Of a stretch of DNA of 64,000 bases, positions 50,777 to 64,000 are shown one piece after another; position 1 is the stretch's first letter; each line of letters opens with the position of its first letter. This DNA is from Mytilus edulis (Eukaryota). The stretch is taken from the NCBI RefSeq assembly GCF_963676685.1, contig NC_092345.1:49166001-49230000 (forward strand), given 5' to 3'. The position numbers and the translations under genes were made by a program. The notes under the pieces are model-generated. The model saw only the letters and a program-made list of their open reading frames with translations. It was not told the DNA's origin and did not search any database.

Positions 50777-51142
50777 TAAGAATTGAATGCTTCTTTTTGT
50801 AAATTTATTGGGGTGGAAAAGCGTTGCCCGAAGTACATTTTGTATGAAGCGCGGAAGCGCTTCATTCTAAAAATGTACGCACGGTCAATGCTTTTACAAC
50901 CCTATAAAGTTACAAAAAGAAGCATTCAATACTTATAATTACATTTTTTAGCTAAGATCATGAAAACACGAATTTTACATATTTTATTATTTTATTCACC
51001 TGTGCACTTTATTGTTGGAGCATGTGTTATCATGAATGAAAAGTTGTATTGAGCAATGCAAATGCTTACGGAATAACATGTGATGTGCAGTTAGCCAATC
51101 AGAATAAAATATTATAATGAAACATACATCTAATGTAATTAT
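50777..51142. mobile_element. Hairpin-bearing non-autonomous element (Crypton-like)
   Basis: ~160-bp hairpin at 50777-50935 centred on GAAGCGC-GGAA-GCGCTTC; AGCCAATCAGAAT motif; IR ATAATTACAT / ATGTAATTAT. Confidence 0.6.
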
Positions 51143-53176
51143 TGCCAAGTATAATCATCTTGACTTTTTTTTGTAATTGATTCTGATGACTTTGTAATTG
51201 TTCTATTATAACCAATAAATTGATATAATTGGTCAATTTTTATACCAAATTCAAAGAACAATTGACAATTAATTCCTAAAAGATTTGTACTAGGATAATA
51301 TCAAAGTTACGACATGTTTTCCTCCAGTTGAAGTTACTGTTTTCAAATTGATATTTATAGGAAGATATTTCTGTCTAACCTTTTACCTTACATATACATG
51401 TACATAATCCTCACTTGATTGTTTCAACAATCAGTGAGGAATACATGTACATGTACATATATATTTAGGGAGCTATATTATTACATGTCTAGAAGTTAGA
51501 CGAAATGTTAATTAATGTATGTAATAACAATGATAATTGTAATGATTTTATGGTTCTCATCCTGCCTGGAACTAAATGTATTTGATTTTTATAGAATGAA
51601 GATAATAACACCTATCTGAACTTTTTTTAATGTTTCCTTTTATTATATGAAAATGTTTTTCTGTTACAAATCATGATGTATTGTCCTATGTGTACATGTT
51701 ATGCTGCCCATCAAGGGCCCTTGATTGGAATAATAAAATATTCTATTCTATTCTATTCTGTACATTTAGTCTATGGTTAAATTTTTTATTGAAAAGTTGG
51801 TTCTATGAATTCAGAATAGCATTCTTATTTTAAATGGGATTAATTGCAGTACTCATTTTAAAATATATGTTATGTCCCTGTTCTTGAAATGTTGTCATGG
51901 TTGTGGCAAGCTTTAAAATGTTGTAAAGTTTTAAGGATGTAACATATTTTGTATATTATCATGATTAACGCTAGTAGAAATATGTTTACAACATTGGTAG
52001 GGTTCACAAAGATAAACACATCTCTGTGTCCATTATATATGGTGTTGTTATAGTTTTAAATTTTCATTTTGTCCGTTATTTTAACAAGTATAATATATGA
52101 TCAAGCAATTGTTCAAGAAAGGACAAAGAAAGTTTAAATACTTCACTTGTTTGCTTTCTTTACCCTAGTTAAAGTGAGTTTCAAATTATCGATGAAGTTA
52201 AATGATAAACTTTAAATTATTGATAGGAAAAATTCCTTAGTGATTTCTGAGTGACTGCCAGCAAATACAAATTTAGAAAACTTATTTAGATCTGGTCCTA
52301 GCCTGTTTTGGTAAATTTGATAAGAACCTGATAGGTAATACAATATAGATAAAAATAGTTACGATAAATGATGTCAATTTTCTGAAAAAAGAACATGTTT
52401 GTATGTAAATGTTTGTGTTGCTTTGTACCTTATATGTATGTTTGTTTACATTATTAGTTGAGATTGTTATATCATATGCAGTTTCCATAGTAGCTACAAA
52501 ATAGTGTATTTTTATGACATTGACACTTTATAATTTTAATTAACAGTGATATGGGTGGGTAGGGGTGGAGGTGTCCTGTGTTTGAAACCCTCCCTTTTTT
52601 TTTTAATGATCATTGCATTTTGAATGAGGACAAATGGTTGGACCCCCCCCCCCCTCTTTTTCATCCTGGGATGGGGACCCCCCTTTTTAAAATGGTTTTG
52701 ATAACTTTTTTGCTATTATGATAAGGTCTTTGAATATACCCTTGTATAAATTAGTCTTGGAATGAGGGACAACATTGAAATACTATGCCTTAGAAAAAGA
52801 AAAATATAAACTCTCTTAGTGCCTCTGTTCATGTACATGTTTACTATCTCAATATTATAATCATTAATTAATATAAAGATCTTCATAGAAAAAAAATCAA
52901 CACATTGCTAATAGAAGTTATTTTTAGTCTGTACATTGAAAGGCCATTACCAAAATAACTTTCATTTGTAACAACAAAAACAGGAACATTCTTAACAAGC
53001 ATGATTTTGGACATTGTGAACTATTTATTGTCCTTTAAAACATACATTTTCAAACATTTAGTTTTACTATACATTACAAAAATTACCAAAAAAGTTACAA
53101 AAATTGTAAATTTTTCTAATATTTAGTTTTACTTTCGTGAAAATGACTTCAACATACATGAATTGAATATGTAAAA

Positions 53177-53232
53177 TTGCTTTTTTAAACTTTTTTTTAA
53201 TTATGATAATTAAAAAAAAGTTAAAAAAGCAA
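53177..53232. repeat. AT-rich near-perfect palindrome
   Basis: TTGCTTTTTTAAACTTTTTTTTAATTAT-G-ATAATTAAAAAAAAGTTAAAAAAGCAA. Confidence 0.85.
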
Positions 53233-53274
53233 CTTTACCTAACCCCAAGAGGGAAGCTGCAAGGAGCCCAATCT

Positions 53275-53460
53275 GCCAAATGGGTCTTAGACAAAGCTAC
53301 TAGTTGTTCCACCCAAAACTTACATTGGGTCCCAGCCAAAATACTCAAATGAACCTAGCCAAAGCCTCCAATGGGTCCAAGCCAAAACCTCTATTTGGTC
53401 TCCGCCATGGTTTCCAAATGGTTACAGCCAGACTCTAATGGGTTTCTGACAGCCAAAGCT
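53275..53460. repeat. Degenerate ~22-24-bp tandem repeat
   Basis: Recurring ATGGGTC(C/T)NAGCCAAA-like unit, about 7-8 times. Confidence 0.6.
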
Positions 53461-54609
53461 TTTTAGTGATTAGAACACATAAAAATTCTAAAGTACATGT
53501 AGAAAGATTGTTTGTGGATTTAGGTCTACGTTTGTAACATTTAAGGAATCCAAAATGTCACAGATTGATTAATTCAGAAATAAATGGAGAAAATGGGAAA
53601 GAATTTTTCTGTCTGCTTCGCATATTCATTGAATGAAATGTTCAGCAATCCAGCTAATTTTCACTTATGATAAGATCTTACTTGAAGAGCGGCTTCTCCT
53701 TATTTATAAATTACAAGAAACTAGAAGTAAGTTTTTAAAAAGGACTAGCTCCAAAAGACAAAACAAAAGACAAAAAAAATGTATATATTTGGGGAACAAG
53801 TTACTAGTATATGTACTGGAGAAATATAAATACCAAGGAAAATAAATGAATGCAAAATTTTAATAGAAGAGAAATGGGAGGAAGATAATTTGATCCACCT
53901 CTATTCCCCCATTCAAACATGGCAAAGAAATTAAATCTACCACTGCATGACTGTCCACTTCAAAAGTACCAATAAGTTATTGACTCTGGTTTATCTCCCC
54001 TTATAATATCAATATTGACTGATTTGTATTTCATTGGAGAGATTTATATTGATTTCAGTATTTTAATAGTTAGACCTGATCTAGATAGAGTATTGCATGT
54101 ATTGTAAGGGTGTGTTTTATAAACTTAGTCATGAAAGATAATTTTTATCAGTTGTTATCTTGGCATTGTATTGATCAAAACTTTACAAATATCATGGTCA
54201 GATAATATTATCTATTAAACGTCTGGTAATCACTTTAACATGCATGTAATCTTGTATTTTTGAACGAATTTATATATTATAATTGAATGTTGATAAATAA
54301 GTAAATCTGCTTTATAATATTGGTACTTAGGTTAGAAATGTATTTTAATTGATGAATTTACATTTCTTTGAAAAGTTATCACATGAGAAAATTAGGAAAA
54401 AAGAAATTGTTTACTTCCTTGGTCCTTGAAATAAATAAATAGAGAGTGATTAGTGTTACTCTGAAGATGGTACATGTAACACAAATTTAAATGGAATGAC
54501 GGTTAAATCAATCTAACTAAAACTTGATACAGAAAGCCCAGTCTTCATTGCATTTCATCCTTAGCTTATTCTGGATAAGAAAATAATTGTAATAATTGTT
54601 TTTTCAACA

Positions 54610-55938
54610 AGGGCCAAGTGAGCATTTCTCATCACTTGGCGTATGTCATCTGGTGTCCTGCGTCCATAAACTTTTACAAAAATCTTCTCCTCTGAAACTA
54701 CTTGGCCAAATTTGACCAAACTTGGCCACAATCATCATTGGGTATCTAGTTTAAAAAATGTGTCTGGTGATCGGGCCAACCAAACAAGATGGCCACCATG
54801 GCTAAAAATAGAAAATAGGGGTAAAATGTAGATTTTGGCTTATATCTCTGAAACTAAAGCATTTAAAGCAAATCTGACATGGGGTAAAATTGATGATCAG
54901 GTTAAGATCTATCTTCCCTGAAATTTTCAGACAAATCGGACAAACCATTGTTAGGTTGCTGCCACAGAATTAGTAATTTTAAGGAAATTTTGCAGTTTTT
55001 AGTTATCTTGAATATTATAAAAGAAAGAGATAAACTGAAAACAGCAATAATGTTCAGCAAAGTAAGATCTACAATCAAGTCAATATGACCAACATTGTCA
55101 GTTGACCCCTTAAGGAGTTATTGGCCTTTATAGTCAATTTTTAACCATTTTTCTACAATTTTAGTAATCTTTTAAAAAAATCTTCTCCTGAAACTACTGG
55201 GCCAAATTAAACCAAACTTGATGAGTTAAACCAAAATTATCAGTTGACCCCTTAAGGAGTTATTGTCCTTTAAATATAGTCAATTTTTAACAATTTTTGT
55301 AAATCTTTGTAATTTTTACAAAAATCTTCTCCTTTGAAACTATTGAGTCAATTTTAACCAAAATTGTCCAGAATCATCATAAGGGTATCTTGTTTAAAAA
55401 ATATGTCCGATGATCCCACCTGCGAACCAAGATGGCCGACATGGCTAAAATTAGTATTATAGGTGAAAATGCAGTTTTTGGCTCATATCTCAGAAACCAA
55501 AGCATTTAGAGCAAATCTGACCGGATTATTTTGTTCATTATGGAAATGTCTATCTGCCCTGAAATTTGTAGACCAATCAGGCAACTGATTGTTCCGTTGC
55601 TGCCCCTGAAATGATAATTTTAAGAAAATTTGCAGCTTTTGGTTATTATCTTAAATATAATTATAGACACATATAAACTGTAAACAGCAATAATGCACAG
55701 CAGAGTAAGACCTACAAATAAGTCAGCATGATCAAAATGGTCAATTGACCCCATACTTGGACTAGTTTATTATAGATAGAGATAATTTTGAGCAGCAAGA
55801 ATGTTCAGTAAAGTAAGATCTACAAACACATCACCATCACCAAAACACAATTTTGTCAGGAATCCATCTGTGTCCTTCGTTTATGATATGCCGATAGACC
55901 AAGATGAGCGACACAGGCTCTTTAGAGCCTGTAGTTTT
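54610..55938 (+). mobile_element. HINE copy, same family, in ZMYND19 intron 1
   Basis: Same internal units and 3' end GAGCGACACAGGCTCTTTAGAGCCTGTAGTTTT; the extreme 5' end is eroded. Confidence 0.85.
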
Positions 55939-56556
55939 TCTTATGATTAATATTATTTTGAATTGAATGTTTTAGAGCTCTCTTTTACTGACATGACTGA
56001 GAGTGCTAAGACTAACTGTTTGTGGGGTGGAAGAGTTCTCATGATAACTTAATTTTCTCTTTCACTGTGAGTGAGTGAGTTTTGCAGCAGCACTTTTTGG
56101 CAAGAATTTTCCCTTCAAATTTGACCAGATTTCCCCTCATGAATATCTTCACATACCTTATATTCAACTCCTGAAGTTGTACAAGACTATAAGTGTGTGT
56201 ATCAGTACATGTATATGCTATATGTATATATGTTCTCAGTCTCCTTGGATACTTAATTCATGTTCAACTCAAAGAGTTCCTTGTTTATATTTCATAATGA
56301 ATTCATCATGTGAAAGAGAAAACAGTAACAGAAACAGTTTGAATAAAAAGTTTTTATTCCCCAGTCAAGATTCACCATCATATGCCTGGCAACTATCTAA
56401 ATGACCCAATTATTTTTACATGTACTTTTAATTAAAAGATTACATTTGATCATGACAACAGATGTGACAGGATAAAAGGCGGGAAAACTCATGACTGAAA
56501 TAGAAAATAAATTTATGTGTTTATAAACATTGATAAATGTATGTTTTTCATTACAG

Positions 56557-56723
56557 ATAAAATATTCCCTTTTAGACGAACAGGATGTGTCCTTAATTAG
56601 ACGATATGGCTTTCAGGCCCACGTAGATATGGATCGAGATGGTAATGGTGCCAAGATATATGCCTATGCATACGATCTGATAAAAGGGAAGTCCTCGATG
56701 CAGTCACTTCATAATATGTTATG
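56557..56723 (+). CDS. ZMYND19: ZMYND19 exon 2
   Basis: TTACAG|ATA; IKYSLLDEQD...DRDGNGAKIYAYAYD...LHNMLW; donor TG|GTAAG. Confidence 0.95.
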
Positions 56724-57284
56724 GTAAGATAAATGTCCAACTTTATCTCTTCAAGGAAGTTAAAAGTAGACAGTTAATACTTTCGTCATGCAAAGAACAT
56801 AAAACAGTTTCAAAATAATAGGTTTGATTGGTGATTGCATTATTTCGTAAAGTATATTTACTTGTATGGTATTGGGTGAAATTTGAATACAAAAATGTTA
56901 AAAAGGAATATGATAAGAAACAACTCCACCTACTATCACATGGGTCATTTTGTTGCTTGCCAACTAAACAATAACACTGAATTCATGATTAGTAAATAAA
57001 GAATAAATATACATATATATGAAAGTAAGAAGATATGGTATGATGTGACAAATGATGTAGAAGTCACAAACAATATGTTACTGTACAGCCATCAGAATAA
57101 ATTGTTAATTTCAATAAGACAGTGATCCAACAAGAAAAGTAACATAATTTACATTTGAATCTCACCATATGTTCTTCTACAGTAGGCAAGCAATTCACCG
57201 TTTCAGAATCTATTGCATTCTAGGTAATATTTTCAAAAGTATACACCAAAACATTGTGATTGGTTTAAAGAATAACATGAATAG

Positions 57285-57904
57285 TTAAAAAAATGTGTCC
57301 GGTAACCGGGCCATCCAACCAAGATGGCCGCCACGGCTAAAAATAGAACATAGGGGTAAAATGCAGTTTTTGGCTTATAACTCAAAAACCAAAGCATTTA
57401 GAGCAAATGTAACGGAATTTAATTGTTGATCAGGTCGAGATCTATTTGCCCTGAAATTTTCAGATGAATCAGACAACCCGTTGATGGGTTGCTGCACCTT
57501 AATTGGTAATTTTAAGGAAATTTTGCTGTTTTTGGTTATTATCTTGAATAAAGATAAACTGTCAACAGCAATAATGTTCAGCAAAGTAAGATTTACAAAT
57601 AAGTCAACATGACCGAAATGGTCAATTGACCTCTTAAGGAGTTATTGTCCTTTAAAGTCAATTTTTAACAATTTTCATAAAATTTGTAAATTTTTATTAA
57701 CATTTTCCACTGAAACTACTGGGCCAAGTTCATTATAAATAGAGATAATTGTAAGCAGCAAGAATGTTAACGTTCAGTAAAGTAAGATGGACAAACACAT
57801 CACCATCACCAAAACACAATTTTGTCATGAATCCATCTGCTTCCTGTGTTTAATATTCACATAGACCAAGGTCAGCTACACAGGCTCTTTAGAGCCTCTA
57901 GTTT
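57285..57904 (+). mobile_element. 5'-truncated HINE copy in ZMYND19 intron 2
   Basis: One internal unit plus 3' hairpin CAGGCTCTTTAGAGCCTCTAGTTT. Confidence 0.85.
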
Positions 57905-57942
57905 ATTAACAGTACACTGTGAATACACAACAATATTAATGA

Positions 57943-58215
<273 letters not shown>

Positions 58216-59116
58216 TGACTATAGTTCTTTTACAAACTCATCCTTTTTGATCTTGCATATACAAAATGTAATCGATAAAGGGTTCTTAACATAAAGAATC
58301 CAAGAAACAATCTCTAAATTATGTTACATGACAAAACACTTTATTTCATTAGAAAATGTAAGATCATATAAAAAAGTGGGAGGGCAATCAAATCATATCC
58401 AAAAACGCAGAAGATGATAAATTATAGTCTATAAAAAACTGAACCAAACTATAGCTTGAGCTACTCGATCCCACCAAAATATAGAATGAAGTACCAATGA
58501 ACACATGTGTTCTGGAACGGTCAGCAGTTCTTACTTAACCAATGCAATAAATGGACAAATACATGGAATAAGAAGAGACTGAACTAGTATATATATTTTT
58601 CTTTAGGGGCCAGCTGAAGGACACCTCCCGGTGCTGGGATTTCTCGCTGCATTGAAGACCTGTTGGTGACCTTCTTCTGTTGTCTGTTCTATGGTCTGGT
58701 TGTTGTCTCTTTGACACATTCCCCATTTCCATTCTCAATTTTACATCATTATTTTATTAGACCAGGCATCTGAATTGGATGAGAGACATACATGTACATA
58801 TAATGAAACATGATTGTGATGAACTTCTAATCATTTGAGAGAAAACTATAAAATTGTTCATGAAAATAATATCAAACGGTAAATGCACTGCCTGTAATAA
58901 GCTGAGAAATTAGATTTCAAAAATACATGTATAACACAGCAGCATGAGTATACAAACTTTAAATCTTATGAATGCTTGTATTAGCTCAAAGCATGCTCCA
59001 GACGTTGAGAATTGAAATCACATACCCTATTACACTGAAATATGCAAGTGTGTAATTGTAATGTCAATTTATTGATGTAGTTTTATGTTTTGATCAAGTT
59101 TTTTCTTTTATTACAG

Positions 59117-59183
59117 CAAAATCCAATAGAAATCCAAAAGCACAAGTTTTATGATAATAATGGTCATGATGTATACTTAGAAG
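59117..59183 (+). CDS. ZMYND19: ZMYND19 exon 4
   Basis: TTACAG|CAA; QNPIEIQKHKFYDNNGHDVYLE; G|GTAAGT; phases are consistent with neighbouring exons. Confidence 0.88.
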
Positions 59184-59602
59184 GTAAGTGTAATAAAATC
59201 AATTTGTAGCTAGGCTAGATAAACTTTGGATTTAATTATTTTTGTAGTTATTTAATTTTATGGATAAAGGCAATTTTTTTGTGTGGATTTTCATGATATT
59301 TGATTTTGTGGTTTTGGTTATCTCTGCATACAAAGCCTGTAGAAGATTTGTAATTGTTAAACATTAGAATTGGTGGTTCATCTGTACTCATGACACCAAT
59401 ACAAATTGGTATCTAATGAATAGTTATGAATCCACAGTACCCTTAACAATGTCTTTGAAACAGTTTAATGTTTGAATGACCATCCAGATTTGCTCTGACC
59501 ATATGTTATGTTAGGTCACATCTTTATTTACCCTTCTGGTCATGTCTTCTAAAATCTTTTGAAATTAAGATTTTTCAACGAAATTTGTTTTCCATGAGCT
59601 CA

Positions 59603-60889
59603 TTTTTAGCTCACCTGGCCCATAGGGCCAAGTGAGCTTTTCTCATCACTTTGCGTTCGGCGTCCGTCGTCGTCCTTCATTGTTAACTTTTACAAAAATC
59701 TTCTCCTCTGAAACTACTGGGCCAAATTGAACCAAACTTGGCCACAATCATCATTGGGATATCTAGTTCAAAAAATGTGTGGCGTGACCCGGCCAACCAA
59801 CCAAGATGGCTGCCATGGCTAAAAATAGAACATAGGGGTAAAATGTAGATTTTGGCTTATAACTCTGAAACCAAAGCATTTAGAGCAAATATGACATGGG
59901 GGGTAAAATTATTTATCAGGTCAAGATCTATCTGCCCTGAAATTTTCAGACAAATTGGACAACTGGTTGTTGGGTTGCTGCCCCTGAATTTGCAATTTTA
60001 AGGAAATTATACCGTTTTTGGCTATTATCTTGAATATTATTATAGATAGAGATTAACTGTAAACAGCAATAATGTTCAGCTAAAAAAGATCTACAAATAA
60101 GTTCAATGACTAAAATGGTCTGTTGACCCCTTAAGGAGTTATTGCCCTTTATAGTCATTTTTTACAAATTTTTCATAATTTTTTGTAATCTTTTACAAAA
60201 ATCTTCTCCTCTAAAACTACTGGTCCAAATTTAACCATACTTGGCCACAATCATCATTGAGGTATCTTATTTTAAAAAATGTGTGCGGTGACCCTGCCAA
60301 CCAACCAAGATGGCCGTCATGGCTAAAAATAGAATATAGGGGTAAAATGTAGATTTTGGCCTATAACTCTGAAACCAAAGCATTAAGAGCAATTCAGACA
60401 TGGGGGTTATATTGTTTTGCAAGTCAAGATCCATCTGCCCTGAAATTTTCAGATGAATCCGACAACCGGTTGTTGGGTTGCTGCCCCTGAATTGGTAATT
60501 TTTAAGGAAATTTTGCTGTTTTTGGTTATTATCTTGAATACAGAAATGTATTATTATAGATAGAGATAAACTATAAAGAGCCATTATGTTCAGCAAAGTA
60601 AGATCCACCAATAAGTCAACATGACCAAAAAGGTCAGTTGACCCCTTAAGAAGTTATTGCCCTTTATAGTCAATTTTTAATAATTTTGTAAATTTTAACA
60701 AAATATTTTCCTCTGTAACTAATGGGCCAAGTTCATTATAAATTGAGATAATGGTAAGAAGCAAGAATGTTCATCTAACAACACATCACCATCACCAAAA
60801 CACAATTTTGTCATGAATCCATCTGTGTCCTTTGTTTAATATGCACATAGACCAAGGTGAGCGACACAGGCTCTTAAGAGCCTCTACTT
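59603..60889 (+). mobile_element. Full-length HINE copy in ZMYND19 intron 4
   Basis: TTTTTAGCTCACCTGG...AGGTGAGCGACACAGGCTCTTAAGAGCCTCTA with two internal units. Confidence 0.85.
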
Positions 60890-60970
60890 CTAAATTTTAT
60901 GCAACGGAAAAAACCCCATCTTATATTGACTTTAGGAAGAGTATGATAAATAGTATACAATATGCATTAA

Positions 60971-61090
<120 letters not shown>

Positions 61091-61409
61091 TAAATAATAT
61101 CAAATAAAAGTAGATGCACAAAACAAAAAAAAGATATTGAGAGGCAATCAAATATTCTTAGGGTAAAATTAAAACAAACAACACTATGACCAAAAATTCA
61201 AACAAAAACCAATCTAACAATGTGTAGATCAATAAGACAGCAACGCACAACACTTGACCTAAGAATTTGGTACGCATTAAGAATTGAAAAATCACTTTTT
61301 TTATGTGGTTTCAAGTATTTTTCTCTTATGATACCAAATTTTACTGGAATGTCTGTAAAGATCAGCAAGCTATTTATGTAAATTATAAAATGGTTACATT
61401 TCTTTGCAG

Positions 61410-61515
61410 GTATTGCGGGACAATTTGTCAACAGCAAGATTGGCCTGTCCACAAGACTTACTGCATTGAACGACCAGCTGTAGACTCAGACACAGAGAGT
61501 TTACCCGACAGATGA
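61410..61515 (+). CDS. ZMYND19: ZMYND19 exon 6 (MYND finger, second half, stop)
   Basis: TTTGCAG|G; YCGTICQQQDWPVHKTYC...LPDR*. Confidence 0.95.
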
Positions 61516-62618
61516 AACAGGACCCTCTTTTTAAAATAACATTGTTTAAAATCAGTGGACTTTCCCAGAGTTATCTGCCCACAGGATACTGCTTCACACC
61601 ATAGTTGTTACACTGAAATCATGAGTGTAAACTCTTACAGCAAAAAACATTCATTTGATAAACTTTTTTTTTTTGAAGTGGTAAATTCTGTTTAAGTGTT
61701 TGGATTGTTTTAAAAGCTTTTTAAATTCTTTGTTACTATGTCGCTACAGCATAATCAATGTCTGAAATACTGGCATATCATTGTCTGAAATCCAAAAGAT
61801 ATGCTGGGCTTTATTCACTTTTTCCTGAAGTGAGCTAGTTCTTGATTTTTTAAGTGTAAATTATTAGCTTTAGATGGAGGTAATGAGTTAAAGCTCTTTA
61901 AATTTCGCCAGCATATAAGGTATTTCTGTCCTTCTAACACATTTTGTTTCAAACAAATTGTAGTTGTTATAATCAAAATTGACTTGTTAAAACTGCTAAA
62001 GTTACTTTCAATCTGTATAATTTAGATTTTTGTTACTGTCAAGTTTAATGAAATCTGTTTTAACAAATGGAATAGAAATGAACCACTTTCAATTGAATAG
62101 GTAAATAAATGTTTTTTGTTGTAAGGCGCGTTTTGGAAACCTCTTTATAGTGCTTAATATCTGCAACTGATGTCAATTCTAGTTTCTTTGAATTTGTTGA
62201 AAAAAGTGACCGCATTATGAAATCCTTATATATATGTATTAAATGTCGATGCATTGTTTTGCAGCTATGATTAAGAACCTAGCAGCTGAAATCATTGTTT
62301 ATATTGCTGTATGACAAATGGCATAGGGAAAGCAGACCTTAATTTTGATTTATATGTTGAATATGCAAAGTTGAAGGGAACCGAATGAGTATTATTTTAT
62401 AACTTTATTTTTAATGAAATCTCTAATTTTTCTAATTTGAAGTAAGCCAAATGAGTCTTTTGTATAATGATTTGTGGGACTTAAATAATTTGAGCACTTT
62501 AGAAAGTAAACAAGAAATATCTTTCTTTGTTTTGAATTTAAAAATAGCAAATACAGTATAAACATGATAATTTGGTGAAAATTCACTTCAATTGACAATG
62601 TTTTAGTGTAAACACTAG

Positions 62619-62754
62619 GCCTCACGGTCATAAAACTTTCGAGCATGATTTTTGTACTCGGACTCGAAAATCAACCAATCAAATTGCTGGATTTCATGTT
62701 TCGAGCATGATTTTTGTGCTCCGAGCACTGAGCAAAGTTTTATGCCTTCAAGGC
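62619..62754. mobile_element. Small MITE with 3-bp TSD (Harbinger-like)
   Basis: TAG|GCCT..GGTCATAAAACTTT ... AAAGTTTTATGCC..AGGC|TAG; internal direct repeat TTTCGAGCATGATTTTTGT. Confidence 0.7.
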
Positions 62755-63525
62755 TAGGTATTGGTTATTTGTCTTTCTTTCCTCGTAAATATCAATATTA
62801 TATGCAAGGGTCATTCCAGTCATCTTGTTTCAGATTGATTCGATCACTATTAAAGCACCAACAAAAGTGGTGTTTGAGTTAATTAGAATAAGTGTACTGT
62901 ATTAATCACATGTGCTGTCTTTAAACATAAAGGTTCTTGCATGTTGGTGCTTTTTTCCTTGATTGTTTGCATTGTCATTGCAGATGATTAAAAATTTTGT
63001 ATTTTCATTGAAGACATTAGTTCATTTGCATTTTCATTGCATCAAGATTGAAATACTTTGCAATTTCTTTGAAGATCAGTGGATCATTTGCATTTTCATT
63101 TATGATTGGATCATGTTCATTTCATTTTCGTAAAGAATTAAATGCTTTAATATTTATTTTGTTGCTGGTTTGTGTGTTAACATTTTATTTAACAAGAATC
63201 TAATTTTAATGTTGTTATAGTAACAGATTTAACTCTTCCGTGTTGCACTTTATTTTGTTTATTTACATAATATTAATTATTTTATTTTATATACGTAAAA
63301 TTGTTTATTTTCGTTTGTCTTTGATACATTTTAAAGGTTATATTTGATTGGCATAAACATGTCACATGATAATTATGAAATATACACTGAGAATGTGTAT
63401 ATGTATTTGATTTTGAAGTTATGAAATTTTATGTACAAAAATGTATATTGAAATTTTATGAAATATGTGGATATTTAAATTTTCAAAGACAAACTTCATT
63501 TATTTATTATACTTTGTTACTTTAA

Positions 63526-63733
63526 GGAGGTAGACCTAGGTTAAGGGAAATAACTCTTAAAATCATCAGTACGTTTGTGTCAACCATTTTCAAAAACATA
63601 TTCTAAGCTTCTAGGTTACATAGATTATTTTTAATCTGTTTCAGGTAAATGCTTAAAAAACATTGATGAACTTGACTTTTACAAATGCTTAACTGATTTA
63701 AAGAGTTATCTCCCTGAACCAAGGTCTACCCCC
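63526..63733. mobile_element. Kolobok-like MITE, TTAA TSD
   Basis: TTAA|GGAGGTAGACCTAGGTT...AACCAAGGTCTACCCCC|TTAA. Confidence 0.85.
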
Positions 63734-64000
63734 TTAACATGATGTATGTGTTTTATTGTGTGTAAACTAGTCATATATATTAACGCCAACTAATCATGCC
63801 ATTTGATAACAATATGTCTAATACACTAGTCAGATTTTTATACTTCTGTCTCTTGTTTCTGTTTTTAACCGACTAAGAACAAGTCATTTTAAATATACCT
63901 ATTGTGTATATTTACTTCTTTGATTTATGTTACAAACAACTAAAGGGTAGGGTACTCTTCAAGAATTCCAAATATGTTGAACCACTTTAATTCGTCCATA

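Overview
AT-rich metazoan genomic DNA, very likely a bivalve. The repeat families (retrozymes, Meta/V SINEs, HINE-type elements) point to a mussel such as Mytilus; this is an inference. Five protein-coding genes are supported. (1) A 3-exon membrane-anchored copper amine oxidase (minus, 19352-22337). (2) A 2-exon small basic Ser/Thr-rich protein (minus, 27726-31176). (3) A CARD + helical-repeat + coiled-coil protein (minus, 35337-36854). (4) A divergent XK-related-like membrane protein with a 23-Cys loop (minus, 42144-43739). (5) ZMYND19, 6 exons (plus, 47652-61515). The rest is dense in mobile DNA: decayed Penelope-like (Naiad-type) retroelements and many 3'-terminal fragments, hammerhead-ribozyme retrozyme copies, tRNA-derived SINEs, Helentron-associated elements and several MITE classes (Spy-like, Kolobok-like, Tc1-like, Harbinger-like, Crypton-like). 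The most notable non-coding signals are a type II SECIS-like hairpin in the 3' UTR of a Penelope-like element (10439-10496) and a 351-nt two-hammerhead retrozyme unit (24835-25322). The body of that unit is homologous to the 3' region of an RT-bearing Penelope-like element (16266-17945). All calls are by-eye reading; no searches were run.
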